51,831 nt of DNA. Origin: a virus. Taxonomy: Duplodnaviria > Caudoviricetes. The stretch is taken from positions 1 through 51,831 of IMG/VR virus record IMGVR_UViG_3300012200_000007; one strand, written 5' to 3'. Both the position numbers and the translations under genes were made by a program. Shown one piece after another: positions 9,759 through 18,527 of the stretch; the stretch's first letter is position 1, and every line of letters starts with the position of its first letter. Under the pieces are notes generated by a model. The model was not told where the DNA came from. It saw nothing but the letters and a program-made list of their open reading frames with translations, and did no database searches.

Positions 9759-11789
9759 TCAGGTCTTTCCGGTCAGTGCCTCAGTCTTCGGCTTCCAGTT
9801 CTTCGGATGATCCGGGTCCGACCAAGCCAGCGGTTTGAAGTTGTTGCTCTTGATTCGAAGGAACAACCGCAGAATCTCATCGGGCTTCATTGACTCAACT
9901 TTGTAATGGTAGTTCTTCCTCAACATCAACGCGCGCCCATCCAACGGCTCTGGTTTGACTGCTGGAACAGACACAAGGACAGGCTCGGCATCAGCCGGCT
10001 GGTCCAGTGCAGCCTTGGCTGTCTTGTAGTTGTAATCGAAAGGATCAAGTCCTCGTTTCTTCAATTGCCATGCCTGTTGAGCGCTGCACTGAGGTTTGTT
10101 GAGGATACGAGCGGCTTCTAACTCCCCGATGTTCGTTTCCTTTCCGACCTGTTTCAATTGCATCGCTTGGGCGACGGTGCACATACCCGAATCCCACCTG
10201 CGAAACTGTTCATCAATCAACTGCTTCTTTTGAGCGTAGGTGTATTCCGAAAATGCCGATGGATTGAAGCCGGTAATCAATTTCCAGACTTTTTGCTGTC
10301 CCTCTGTCAATTCTTTTTCCTTCTCCCATCCTCGAGTACGCCTTGGTGTCAATCCAGTGGCTTCGAAAGGACTGACCGCGTGAGTTGCGTATTGCGACTT
10401 GGCAACCAGCCGGGCTTTACGGGCTTCTTCCTGGCGTTCCTTTTCGGCTTTCTCAGCCGCAATTTCTTCCAATGACTTTTGGAGAAGGTCCGAAATGTTC
10501 TCGGGCTTGGCAGAGTCTTGGGCCTTCTTCTTCGCCCGTTCAATCACGTCCTCGCTCGCTTCACCCCCGAGAACATCTGCTGAACTGATGAGCTTGTGCT
10601 TGCCGCTGTTACCAACGAAATCTACAATCGTGCAAAACGGTTTGGAGCTTTTGACAATCGCCTCCCGTCGAGCTTCAACGGTATTCAGTCCGTCAATGAC
10701 TCCCGGTAAAGACCGCGTGGCCCTGCCGATTTGTTGGGTGTAAACCACGAGGCTTTCAGTCGGTCGCGCCTGGATGATAATTTCAACGGTCGGGTTATCG
10801 TAACCCTCGGTCAGAATCCCAACGTTGCAGATCGTGTGCAGGCGGTCCCCGGTGGCGAACTCGTGCAGGAGTTGTTTGCGTTCCGGTTTTGGAGTTGATT
10901 CAGAAACCCACGAAGCGGAATTCGGAATCGCCCGATTGATGATGTTCGAGAACATCTTCGCTTGAACAACGCTGGCGCAGAACACGATTGATTTCCTGGC
11001 TTTGCCGTTCGTCTTCAGGAATTCTCCCCATTGATCCACGGTCAGTTTTGAGAGTGAGTATTGAGGAACCGTCCAACTGATTTCCATGATTGGCTGAATC
11101 ATTCCTTGGATCGTTTCTTCCTGTTCCATTACAGCCTGCAAATCTTTCTGGTTTAAGTCCCCGCAGGTCGTTCGGACATGAGAATAATCCAGACCGCTGA
11201 CAGGAACGAAAAGCTGTTTGATGTCCACCAAGTAACCGTGTTGAACACCGTCGATGATTTCGTATTTGTGGGCGCACGATTCGAAGATTTCACCGAGAGC
11301 AGCTTCGTCAGTTCGATTCGGAGTGGCCGTCAACCCGAGAACTTTAAGATTCGGATTCTGGCGGTAGTGGTCGATGATCCGGCGGAAAGCGGGCGCAACG
11401 TAGTGATGGGCCTCATCCACGATCAACAAACCGAACGCATCCGGTTTGAAAACGCGGGCGTTGCCGTTCGCGTATTGGGTTTGGACGCTGGAAACGACTA
11501 CCGGAGTTCTCTGAAACAGTCCGCGGTCGGAACGTTCGAAAGCCATTTCGATTCCGCATTCAAGCCCGGTGAACTGCTCGATCTTTTCCTTGGCTTGATA
11601 GATCAGTTCGGCCCGGTGAGCGAGAAACAGGGTCCGTTTTGGCTGGCATCTGCGGATGATTTCAGCCGCCAGGATGGTCTTGCCCAAACCAGTCGCCTGG
11701 ACAATCAGCGTGGAGTTATGCGTTTTCCATTCTTCGAAGACCGCCTCGACAGCTTCACGCTGATAATCTCGCAGATGATTTGGTTCCAT
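9759..11789 (-). CDS. SF2 (DEAH-box) helicase
   Basis: LRDYQ, ATGLGKT, VDEAHH, GLTATP, LTEGYD, QQIGRATR. Confidence 0.93.
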   Translation of the reverse strand: MEPNHLRDYQREAVEAVFEEWKTHNSTLIVQATGLGKTILAAEIIRRCQPKRTLFLAHRAELIYQAKEKIEQFTGLECGIEMAFERSDRGLFQRTPVVVSSVQTQYANGNARVFKPDAFGLLIVDEAHHYVAPAFRRIIDHYRQNPNLKVLGLTATPNRTDEAALGEIFESCAHKYEIIDGVQHGYLVDIKQLFVPVSGLDYSHVRTTCGDLNQKDLQAVMEQEETIQGMIQPIMEISWTVPQYSLSKLTVDQWGEFLKTNGKARKSIVFCASVVQAKMFSNIINRAIPNSASWVSESTPKPERKQLLHEFATGDRLHTICNVGILTEGYDNPTVEIIIQARPTESLVVYTQQIGRATRSLPGVIDGLNTVEARREAIVKSSKPFCTIVDFVGNSGKHKLISSADVLGGEASEDVIERAKKKAQDSAKPENISDLLQKSLEEIAAEKAEKERQEEARKARLVAKSQYATHAVSPFEATGLTPRRTRGWEKEKELTEGQQKVWKLITGFNPSAFSEYTYAQKKQLIDEQFRRWDSGMCTVAQAMQLKQVGKETNIGELEAARILNKPQCSAQQAWQLKKRGLDPFDYNYKTAKAALDQPADAEPVLVSVPAVKPEPLDGRALMLRKNYHYKVESMKPDEILRLFLRIKSNNFKPLAWSDPDHPKNWKPKTEALTGKT

Positions 11790-12774
11790 AGGTCTTCTCC
11801 CTCATTTTTTGAATTTCAACCGGCGTGCAGTTTTCCCAAAAGTGTTTGTTCACCCATCCGAGTCCTTTTCCTTTTCCTTTTTCAGTCGCGCACGGATTAC
11901 ACGACTTGCAGCGTTCCGGTAGTTTCCCCTGGCAAGTTCCGCAGACCGCGTAAGGTACGGCCTGTTTCAGGTTCTCCCGGTAATTGGAATGGAGCGATTC
12001 AATCGTCGATTTGTTGATGTTGGCGACGGCGAAGTCCTGTCCGTGCGCTTCCATGACCTGTCGGTGCACTGCGTCGAAGGCACGTATCCAACCATTCGCC
12101 TGGTCGCTGGCTCGGTCCCATTCGGCAACCAGTTCAGGGGGGATTGGATAGCCGGTTTTGTCGTGCCGAATTTCCGGTTTTGTGTCACATGGAACATCCG
12201 GTTTTTGTGGGGTATTTTTGACCTTGGCAGGATACTTTTTACCGTCAGCCCCGACCCTCATTTCTACCGTCCCATTTTCGGGACGCTCCTTTGATTCTGA
12301 AATAGTTGCAGAAGTTGAGGGTGTGACAAACACATCCTGATTGTCTAGGGGAGAGCTTCTAATCTTGAGCACAAATGAACGATCTACCCCGCACATTTCG
12401 GCAATCACCGGGTCACTCAAATTCGCAAATTCTTTGAGCGCCATTTCAACCGCGTGCCGCTTGTCGGCATTGCTCATCCGCGCCCCATGGCAGGAGTTGA
12501 CCTTGAGCGCAAACTTGATGGCTGTCTTCTTGTCGCCGGTGTGAATCTCAACCTCGATCTTTGGCAGCTTCGCTTCCTTTGCCGCGGCGACCCGGTGGAA
12601 GCCATCAGCGAGCAGGTACGGGCCCCCAGGCCGAACGGTAAAAACGTCGATTGGCGGAAGGCCGTTTTTGTTTCGGTAGAGTTCCGCGTATTCGGTTATC
12701 AGATCCGGGCGCAGTTCAGCACGGATTTGGGTTTCGGCTGTTGCAAGGATGGATTCAATCGGCAGAGTTTTCAT
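11755..12774 (-). CDS. ParB/Srx N-domain protein with HTH and C-terminal Cys cluster
   Basis: PPIDV...LADGFHRVAA...NSCHG..MSNADKR, IAEMCGVD, CGTC...CKSC. Confidence 0.8.
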   Translation of the reverse strand: MKTLPIESILATAETQIRAELRPDLITEYAELYRNKNGLPPIDVFTVRPGGPYLLADGFHRVAAAKEAKLPKIEVEIHTGDKKTAIKFALKVNSCHGARMSNADKRHAVEMALKEFANLSDPVIAEMCGVDRSFVLKIRSSPLDNQDVFVTPSTSATISESKERPENGTVEMRVGADGKKYPAKVKNTPQKPDVPCDTKPEIRHDKTGYPIPPELVAEWDRASDQANGWIRAFDAVHRQVMEAHGQDFAVANINKSTIESLHSNYRENLKQAVPYAVCGTCQGKLPERCKSCNPCATEKGKGKGLGWVNKHFWENCTPVEIQKMREKTYGTKSSARLSA

Positions 12775-12899
12775 AACGGCACAAAAACGCCGCTGGTCCT
12801 GCGCTCAAGATGACCGGCGAAGTGGGCCGCGCGGGCAATCACAAGACCAACGGCAAAGGTTAATGTAACGAACAACCGGCCTCTTGAGAAGCCGTCACG

Positions 12900-12927
12900 A
12901 TTCTGCAAAATTCAACGCGCTCGTCAA
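12900..12927 (-). promoter_or_regulatory. putative promoter of the ParB/helicase/primase operon
   Basis: TTGACG-16-CAGAAT. Confidence 0.4.
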
Positions 12928-12934
12928 CGGAAAA

Positions 12935-13120
12935 TTAGTTGGCCGGTGGCTCAGTTCGGGCGTTCGATGCTTTTTCTTTTTGCATCACCACCACGTATCG
13001 CAGAGCCGCAGGACCTTCACCACCGGATCGGTACCGTCGTTTATTCACGCTTGCAACCAGCGCATCGAACAACTCACTGGAAGCCGTTTCGGGTGAAGCC
13101 TTGAAGTCAGGATTTGGCAT
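12935..13120 (-). CDS. mini-cassette ORF A
   Basis: Starts inside attC-like site 13065-13157 and ends across half-site 12946-12966. Confidence 0.45.
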   Translation of the reverse strand: MPNPDFKASPETASSELFDALVASVNKRRYRSGGEGPAALRYVVVMQKEKASNARTEPPAN

Positions 13121-13607
13121 TGTCAGTAGTCCGTCGTGGTTCACTTCGGTCGTTCGGGGAACGCGCGAGAAGCGCCTTTTGGTGAAGAAATTTACAGGAC
13201 CAGAGTTCGCAGAGGTTGTCGCAGATTGTCGAGTGTCCGAGGACACACCACATCTCAGCCTTCGGCCTGATACGGCCAGAGTCGCTTGTCCCCGAACCAC
13301 TCACTGGAGCACAACGCCGGGGAGCCACGCGAGTCGTGCCTTGATGTTTAGGTTTTGCTTTCATCGCGTCCCGTCGTGGCTCAGTTCGAGCGTTCGGCGG
13401 CTACCATTCGTGGTCGTCCGCTTGTTCGTCGCCTAGGTTCACGTCACATCCAACGTCACCGCTTCCGTCTTCGGGTTCGGTGTCGAGTTTCTCTGCTCTA
13501 CGCATGCACGCGGCGGTATTGTGGCACGTGTCGCCGAGTTGGATTTCTCGACGCAAGACTCTACCGCATCGCACGCACCGCCGCCGAACACTGCGCTGGA
13601 GGCAACC
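12946..13607 (+). repeat. array of integron attC-like sites: half-site 12946-12966, full sites 13065-13157 and 13292-13397, half-site 13584-13607
   Basis: Left arms (c/t)cgaac...ctgga; right arms gtgg(c/t)tca(g/c)ttcg..cgttcg. The arms pair as imperfect inverted repeats with a bulged G. Confidence 0.7.
13107..13364 (-). CDS. mini-cassette ORF B
   Basis: Starts in the centre of site 13292-13397 and ends in the centre of site 13065-13157. Confidence 0.45.
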   Translation of the reverse strand: MKAKPKHQGTTRVAPRRCAPVSGSGTSDSGRIRPKAEMWCVLGHSTICDNLCELWSCKFLHQKALLARSPNDRSEPRRTTDNAKS

Positions 13608-13652
13608 AGGCTGCGCCTTCGGTTTTGCCATAAGATGATCCGGTTGAGTCAT
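13401..13652 (-). CDS. mini-cassette ORF C
   Basis: Reads through half-site 13584-13607 and stops just before the next site. Confidence 0.45.
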   Translation of the reverse strand: MTQPDHLMAKPKAQPGCLQRSVRRRCVRCGRVLRREIQLGDTCHNTAACMRRAEKLDTEPEDGSGDVGCDVNLGDEQADDHEW

Positions 13653-13721
13653 GTTCCGTTTTCCTGTTCGTGTTTGTTCGCCTTGCCGATGGCTTCCAGG
13701 ATCACTTGCGAGAGGGTTCCG

Positions 13722-14234
13722 TCAAAATGGAATATCGCTGCCGCTTTCCAAGTCCTGAATTGCCGTTGCAAAATCTCCACTGTGTCTTTGGAGAATGTCC
13801 AGACCTTGCTTGCGATTCAGGCCAATCTGTTTTGCCGTTGTCCAGTAGCGGTTGATGAGTTCCTGGTCGGCGGCAACTTCGGTTCCGGTTTTGACGCCGG
13901 GAACGACGGGAGCGGTTTTCTTCGGCGCCTTGACTCGGATCGCATTTACCATTTCGCCGAAGGCTTCAACATCCATGACGAAAAGCACGATCTGTTTTCC
14001 AACCCAATCGTCGGACTCATCTCCGTGCTGACGAGCGATAATCGACCAGTTCGTTTTGTTGATGACCAGTCCCTTGTCGAGACCTTTGAAATACGCGACA
14101 GGTTTTTCCTGTTTGCCTCGGTCTTTGCTTTCGAGTGTTTCCATAACCACTCGTTCGATTGTTACAACAGGCTCGTCGTCACCGAGGTCTTCGGCCTTCA
14201 AATATTTGCTGGGATAAACTTCTCCACTTCTCAT
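13722..14234 (-). CDS. putative ssDNA-binding/recombination protein
   Basis: YPSKYLKAEDL...LVINKTN...DDWVGKQIVL...AIRV, with an acidic SDIPF tail. Confidence 0.7.
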   Translation of the reverse strand: MRSGEVYPSKYLKAEDLGDDEPVVTIERVVMETLESKDRGKQEKPVAYFKGLDKGLVINKTNWSIIARQHGDESDDWVGKQIVLFVMDVEAFGEMVNAIRVKAPKKTAPVVPGVKTGTEVAADQELINRYWTTAKQIGLNRKQGLDILQRHSGDFATAIQDLESGSDIPF

Positions 14235-14248
14235 TGTCTGCCTTTCAT

Positions 14249-14323
14249 TTTGTTTTGTTTTTACGGCCCGGTTACTGACCTGACCGTATGCAATCAATCT
14301 AATACATTCAGGAATTGACGCAA
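14249..14323 (-). promoter_or_regulatory. early promoter/leader copy 2 (TTGCGT-16-TAGATT, TCAGTAA-loop hairpin)
   Basis: Aligns with copies 1 and 3. Confidence 0.7.
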
Positions 14324-14350
14324 CTGTTTTCGGAAACAATTATCCGGCGT

Positions 14351-14611
14351 CTAACGTTTGAAAATTGTGGTGAACACTGCCAGAGCCGTTATCTCAATCA
14401 TAATTCCGGTGCTTTGAAGACAGATCGCCAGCACTTTGAATCGCGCGGGAATATCCTGTCTGCACCAATAGATTATTGTCCAACCAATCGGCACACCGAA
14501 AATCAAACCGATGCCGAAAAGGAAACGCACAATTTTGTTCTTCCACCAGGCGCTCATCAAATTGGCGAGACCAGAAAACCGTGCCTCGGCTAAAACAGTT
14601 GACAGGCTCAA
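14351..14611 (-). CDS. small two-TM membrane protein
   Basis: Two hydrophobic stretches. Confidence 0.5.
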   Translation of the reverse strand: MSLSTVLAEARFSGLANLMSAWWKNKIVRFLFGIGLIFGVPIGWTIIYWCRQDIPARFKVLAICLQSTGIMIEITALAVFTTIFKR

Positions 14612-14903
14612 GACGCCGCTTGCTGTTCACCGTCGTTCCTCGGCCCTTTATCCGAGTGTTTATCGGGTCACTAAATCGGCGGTCAATAGCGAACCATCCA
14701 CCCGGCTTTTGACACGGGTCTCGTGGTTCCAACGATGTTTCCATCTCCCACAGTTCTGCCGCCTTATCTTGATTTACGGCGCTTCAACGGCACTTTGTTT
14801 TCCAGTCCCGTAAAAATTGGCGCCGCGTTTGTCCACAAGGACAGCCGGAATTTTTTGTCTATTAGACCGTTGCACTTTGGACGTTCCGGCCCGCGGCGGT
14901 AAA

Positions 14904-15164
14904 TCAACTTTGCTCTGCCGGTGGAATCTGCGTCTGCGGCACAAGATCCCTGTAGCGCGTCCCAGCAATCTCCGTCCGCAACGCATCAATATCCGCGACC
15001 GTCACGCCCGGCTTGCTGAACAGCGCGGCCAGTTCCGCGAACATCTCCGGGGCGTGCCGCAGGAGTTCCTGCGTAGCGAACAGCGCGAGATCAAAAAGCG
15101 CGGATTGCGGAGTGATCGTTACCGGCGCTGGCGGAACTTCTGGAAATGGGATGTCTCCGTTCAT
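14904..15164 (-). CDS. hypothetical protein in the lysis-like region
   Basis: 86-aa amphipathic ORF. Confidence 0.55.
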   Translation of the reverse strand: MNGDIPFPEVPPAPVTITPQSALFDLALFATQELLRHAPEMFAELAALFSKPGVTVADIDALRTEIAGTRYRDLVPQTQIPPAEQS

Positions 15165-15194
15165 ATCAGCATGTGGTCTGGCCGTTCGGCGATT

Positions 15195-15437
15195 TCATCC
15201 GATGAAACCTTCAGGATGCGCAGATGTTGGCAATTGCCTCATCAACCACTCAAAGTCCAAAAGAAAATGATCGATGGCATCAGCCTGTCCTTCGTGCCAC
15301 TTCGCTTGATCCGGCATTCCGTGACGGCGGCAATTAGCTTCGCTGTCGCGCTCTTGCTTCAACTTGTCACGCCAGTAAATCAGCACTTCTTGCGGAGTGC
15401 GCACCACCGGCAGGGGCGTCATGAATCCCGTGCTCAC
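15195..15437 (-). CDS. hypothetical protein
   Basis: GTGA-coupled to the lipoprotein gene. Confidence 0.5.
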   Translation of the reverse strand: MSTGFMTPLPVVRTPQEVLIYWRDKLKQERDSEANCRRHGMPDQAKWHEGQADAIDHFLLDFEWLMRQLPTSAHPEGFIG

Positions 15438-15817
15438 AGTTTCGCTCCAAACTGCTGCACGAGCCCCACAAAATCCGCCAGCGCCGCCCCAGCCGCAGCC
15501 AGGGCCGCGTCAAACCGTTCCTGCACGGTCGCAGGCGGTGAAGCGCCGGCTTCCATGTAAGCCTTGGTGGCGTCCAGCAATGCCAGTTGCGAGAGTTTGT
15601 AGGTGTCCCAGGCGGCTTGGACCTTTTTCTCCTGCTCAACTGGCGGGTGCTTTTCCTTGACGAAGTCGTTCCACGATTTCAGGGCGGCGATTGCTGTTAT
15701 GTGTGTGGATTTGCTGACTTTATAGGCGACATCTTCCGGTTTAGATGTGGAACATCCCGACAGTCCGAGCAATAAAAACAGAACCAATAAAGCGTTGATT
15801 TTCGGAATGTTTCTCAT
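15434..15817 (-). CDS. lipoprotein (spanin-like candidate) with a replacement N-terminus
   Basis: Signal peptide II with lipobox LSGC and a helical body. Confidence 0.7.
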   Translation of the reverse strand: MRNIPKINALLVLFLLLGLSGCSTSKPEDVAYKVSKSTHITAIAALKSWNDFVKEKHPPVEQEKKVQAAWDTYKLSQLALLDATKAYMEAGASPPATVQERFDAALAAAGAALADFVGLVQQFGAKL

Positions 15818-15852
15818 TGAAATTTGCCGTCGTTTTTGCTTTTATATTCTGA

Positions 15853-16326
15853 ATGTCAGCCTCAAATCCAGCCTTATTTTGGACACACATTCGAAGAACC
15901 GAAGGCTGTTGGATTTGGATTGGAGCCAGACACGAAAAGGGATATGGGATTTTGACTGCTCACAACAAACGATGGCGTGCTCATAGATTCATGTGGGAAC
16001 TACACTTTAACTGCGCGGTCCCTCCGATGATGCAGGTTCTCCATTCTTGCGACAATCCGCCTTGCGTTAATCCAGATCACCTTTTCATCGGAACAAACTT
16101 ACAGAATCGACAAGATTCAGTCGCCAAAAATCGGCAGGCAAAAGGAGAAAACATTACTGCTTCTAAACTGACGGCAACGGATATTGAACAGATTCGCGTG
16201 ATGTGGAATTCAGGCCGGATGTCGCAAGTAGAAATTGGACGATTGTTCAATGTAGCTGGGTCAAATATATGTCGTATCGTATCAGGCGATGGTTGGAAAC
16301 ATGTTCCGAAGCCGCCGTCGCCGTGA
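15853..16326 (+). CDS. HNH homing endonuclease
   Basis: CWIWIG, GYG, RAHR, VLHSCDNPPCVNPDHL...N, and a C-terminal HTH. Confidence 0.9.
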   Translation: MSASNPALFWTHIRRTEGCWIWIGARHEKGYGILTAHNKRWRAHRFMWELHFNCAVPPMMQVLHSCDNPPCVNPDHLFIGTNLQNRQDSVAKNRQAKGENITASKLTATDIEQIRVMWNSGRMSQVEIGRLFNVAGSNICRIVSGDGWKHVPKPPSP

Positions 16327-16429
16327 CGTGCGCTGTTTTGCTGGTCCGATACGCGACGGTCTCAGGGGCCGTGTGGCACCCAATCAGAACCACGGCCAGC
16401 AGCAAGAGAAGCGGGTTGGCGAGTCTCAT
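16310..16429 (-). pseudogene. orphaned original 5' end of the lipoprotein gene
   Basis: LIGCHTAPETVAYRTSKTAHVTATAA aligns with LSGCSTSKPEDVAYKVSKSTHITAIAA of 15434..15817. Confidence 0.75.
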
Positions 16430-16641
16430 AATTCCAACGCAGCTTTGGCAACATCGATCCAGGCATCACTTTGTTTTTTCTTCGTCACGTCAGCGCGAAA
16501 CGTTTTCCAATCCGGCAACGGATCGTTGTTGAAGGCTTTGCCGCCAACGGCAGCGCAATAGCGTTCGTAAAGTCGGCCTGCGATTTCTTCGATTTCTGGC
16601 ATAGTTTTATTTTGGGTTGGCGAGATTGTTGATAAAATCAC
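16426..16641 (-). CDS. hypothetical protein
   Basis: ATGA-coupled to the orphan 5' end; likely start MPEIEE. Confidence 0.55.
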   Translation of the reverse strand: MILSTISPTQNKTMPEIEEIAGRLYERYCAAVGGKAFNNDPLPDWKTFRADVTKKKQSDAWIDVAKAALEL

Positions 16642-16807
16642 GGTTCACTATCCAGAAAGACAAAGCTGGCAACAGCCAGAACTCCGAGACCGAAGGCGGC
16701 ATCATCGCGTCCGACAATCGAGCAAGCAATGACTCCCGCAACTAATAACACTCGCATAGCCCAAATGCCGATGCAGTTTACGGTCTCTAGATCAGTGCGT
16801 TCCACCT

Positions 16808-17080
16808 TCATGGACTTTTTGGAACTCCGCGCAAAACGAGTTTGTGCTTGGCGATTTTGATGACACGGAAGGAGCCGCCACGAATCTCAATGATTTCTCC
16901 GACGGCGAAGATTGGACCGCGTTGCTTGACGGGAGGCAAGTTCTGTGCCTCACGCATACGCTGGTCAAAATCCTTTCGAAGTTCCCCGAATTGTTGGTCG
17001 AGATTTGCGCGACGTTTGAATTCGGCATCAGCCTGCGCTGGTGTAAGCGGAATCAAATCTCCTGTGACAGTATCTTGCAT
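16808..17080 (-). CDS. hypothetical protein
   Basis: 90-aa ORF with an SH3-like FAVGEIIEIRG pattern. Confidence 0.5.
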   Translation of the reverse strand: MQDTVTGDLIPLTPAQADAEFKRRANLDQQFGELRKDFDQRMREAQNLPPVKQRGPIFAVGEIIEIRGGSFRVIKIAKHKLVLRGVPKSP

Positions 17081-17084
17081 AGAA

Positions 17085-17177
17085 TCACCAATTCATTTTG
17101 CTTAAGCTCCAAACCATGAATCCGACAACTGCAATCGCGGCAACGACAATGCCGATTATGAGTCCGATCCAGAACAT
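17085..17177 (-). CDS. 30-aa single-TM peptide
   Basis: MFWIGLIIGIVVAAIAVVGFMVWSLSKMNW, read manually. Confidence 0.45.
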   Translation of the reverse strand: MFWIGLIIGIVVAAIAVVGFMVWSLSKMNW

Positions 17178-17216
17178 GCCTGCTGTCTATTCGTTGCGGG
17201 CCGGGAAGTCAAGGGT

Positions 17217-17657
17217 TCAAACCTCGCGCGGCAACAGTGGCAACCCAAGTTTATTCACCACTCGCCGAACGAACTCCGTTGAGAAATCTGTCGGCTTAGT
17301 TATCATGGAAAATACCATAAGAGCATTCGCCTTCCGGCTGAAATCATTCAGGCACACCGACCCTGACATGATGACGACGTGAGCGATTTTTACCGGCTTG
17401 CCTTTAGCTTCCGTTTCAATCTCGACCTCTCTCAGCGCCTCTAAAACTTCCATGCCACCGAGTGAATTTCCTTCCAGGTTCATGTCGATAAAAATCAAAT
17501 CGTAGAAAATAGCGCGCACTTTCTGAAGCGCCATCTGGACGGTCTCGGCAATATCGATCACGAATTTCGTTTGGCCGTCGAATGCCCGATGGAACGTATC
17601 GGCGATGATTTTTTCGTCGTCCACGATAAGGATAAGCCGCTGTTCGGTAAAGGGCAT
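17217..17657 (-). CDS. single-domain response regulator receiver
   Basis: LIVDDE, DLIFIDMNL, IMSG, TKP. Confidence 0.85.
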   Translation of the reverse strand: MPFTEQRLILIVDDEKIIADTFHRAFDGQTKFVIDIAETVQMALQKVRAIFYDLIFIDMNLEGNSLGGMEVLEALREVEIETEAKGKPVKIAHVVIMSGSVCLNDFSRKANALMVFSMITKPTDFSTEFVRRVVNKLGLPLLPREV

Positions 17658-18106
17658 CAGTCGTTTGTCGGAAACCGGAAAGCGCGCAAAATTTCCGCCA
17701 CTGATCCGAGCGAGAACGGTTTCAGCAGAACGCTCACAAACCCGTATTGCAACGCCGGCAGAATTTTATCCGGAGCGCCGCTGACGATGATAATGCGCAT
17801 TCCGCGTCTTCGTTCTTTGATGAGCCGGACAATTTCGCAACCTTGACTATCAGGCAAGCCAATATCGATGAAAGCAATCTGAAACTTACGGTTGGTCATC
17901 GCGAGACATTCAAGCGCCCCGGCAAGATTCCCGGCCCAAGTCACCAGAACATCCTGAAAGCGGAGTTGTCCGCAAAGAAATTCCGCTTCTGCGGCGACAT
18001 CTTCGACCACTAACGCCTCTACTTTGATTGGATACAATTCCGCAGATTCATTCGGCGCCGGTTTCCAGAATTTCCTGATGAGATTCACGTCATTTTGGTT
18101 TATCAA
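17657..18106 (-). CDS. single-domain response regulator receiver
   Basis: LVVED, IAFIDIGLPD..G, IVSG, LKPF. Confidence 0.85.
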   Translation of the reverse strand: MINQNDVNLIRKFWKPAPNESAELYPIKVEALVVEDVAAEAEFLCGQLRFQDVLVTWAGNLAGALECLAMTNRKFQIAFIDIGLPDSQGCEIVRLIKERRRGMRIIIVSGAPDKILPALQYGFVSVLLKPFSLGSVAEILRAFRFPTND

Positions 18107-18392
18107 TTTCCTGCTTTGAAATTATCTCAGTATCAGTCGGTCCTGGCAACGGGCTTTGTCGGAGAAACGCGATTGCGCCGAAAATACCAGACGAAAGAAA
18201 CACAACCCCGAGTTGCTGCAAATTGAGCGGTTGCACGTCCACACCGACTGAATGCGCCAACGCTGCGCCTGTTCCCGCTGTCACAGCAGTAGCCCCGCCT
18301 GTGATAAAATGGGAAATTAGTGCGTAAACCCACTTGGCGGTTCTGCGTTTTACAGTTGTATTCCATATGACCGCTGTGTTGTCTTCATTCAT
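18090..18392 (-). CDS. putative holin
   Basis: 100 aa, two hydrophobic segments, FLRQSPLP, located after the tail genes. Confidence 0.55.
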   Translation of the reverse strand: MNEDNTAVIWNTTVKRRTAKWVYALISHFITGGATAVTAGTGAALAHSVGVDVQPLNLQQLGVVFLSSGIFGAIAFLRQSPLPGPTDTEIISKQEIDKPK

Positions 18393-18434
18393 GTTTCGGG
18401 CATCAACATTTTCCATGCCATCCGGTTGAAAGTC

Positions 18435-18462
18435 TTGCATCGGACAAAGGACTTGAAATAAT
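18435..18462 (+). promoter_or_regulatory. putative promoter of the HNH-like gene
   Basis: TTGCAT-16-AATAAT. Confidence 0.35.
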
Positions 18463-18527
18463 CGCAGTGAGCGCCAGTTGGACGCTGGACGCCCACTGCT
18501 TAACACAACGTTGAAGGAACCAACGCC

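Noticed and set aside
4615-11277. Long plus-strand ORFs such as 4615..5460 and 6935..7744
   Set aside because: They are shadow frames of motif-bearing minus-strand genes in GC-rich DNA.
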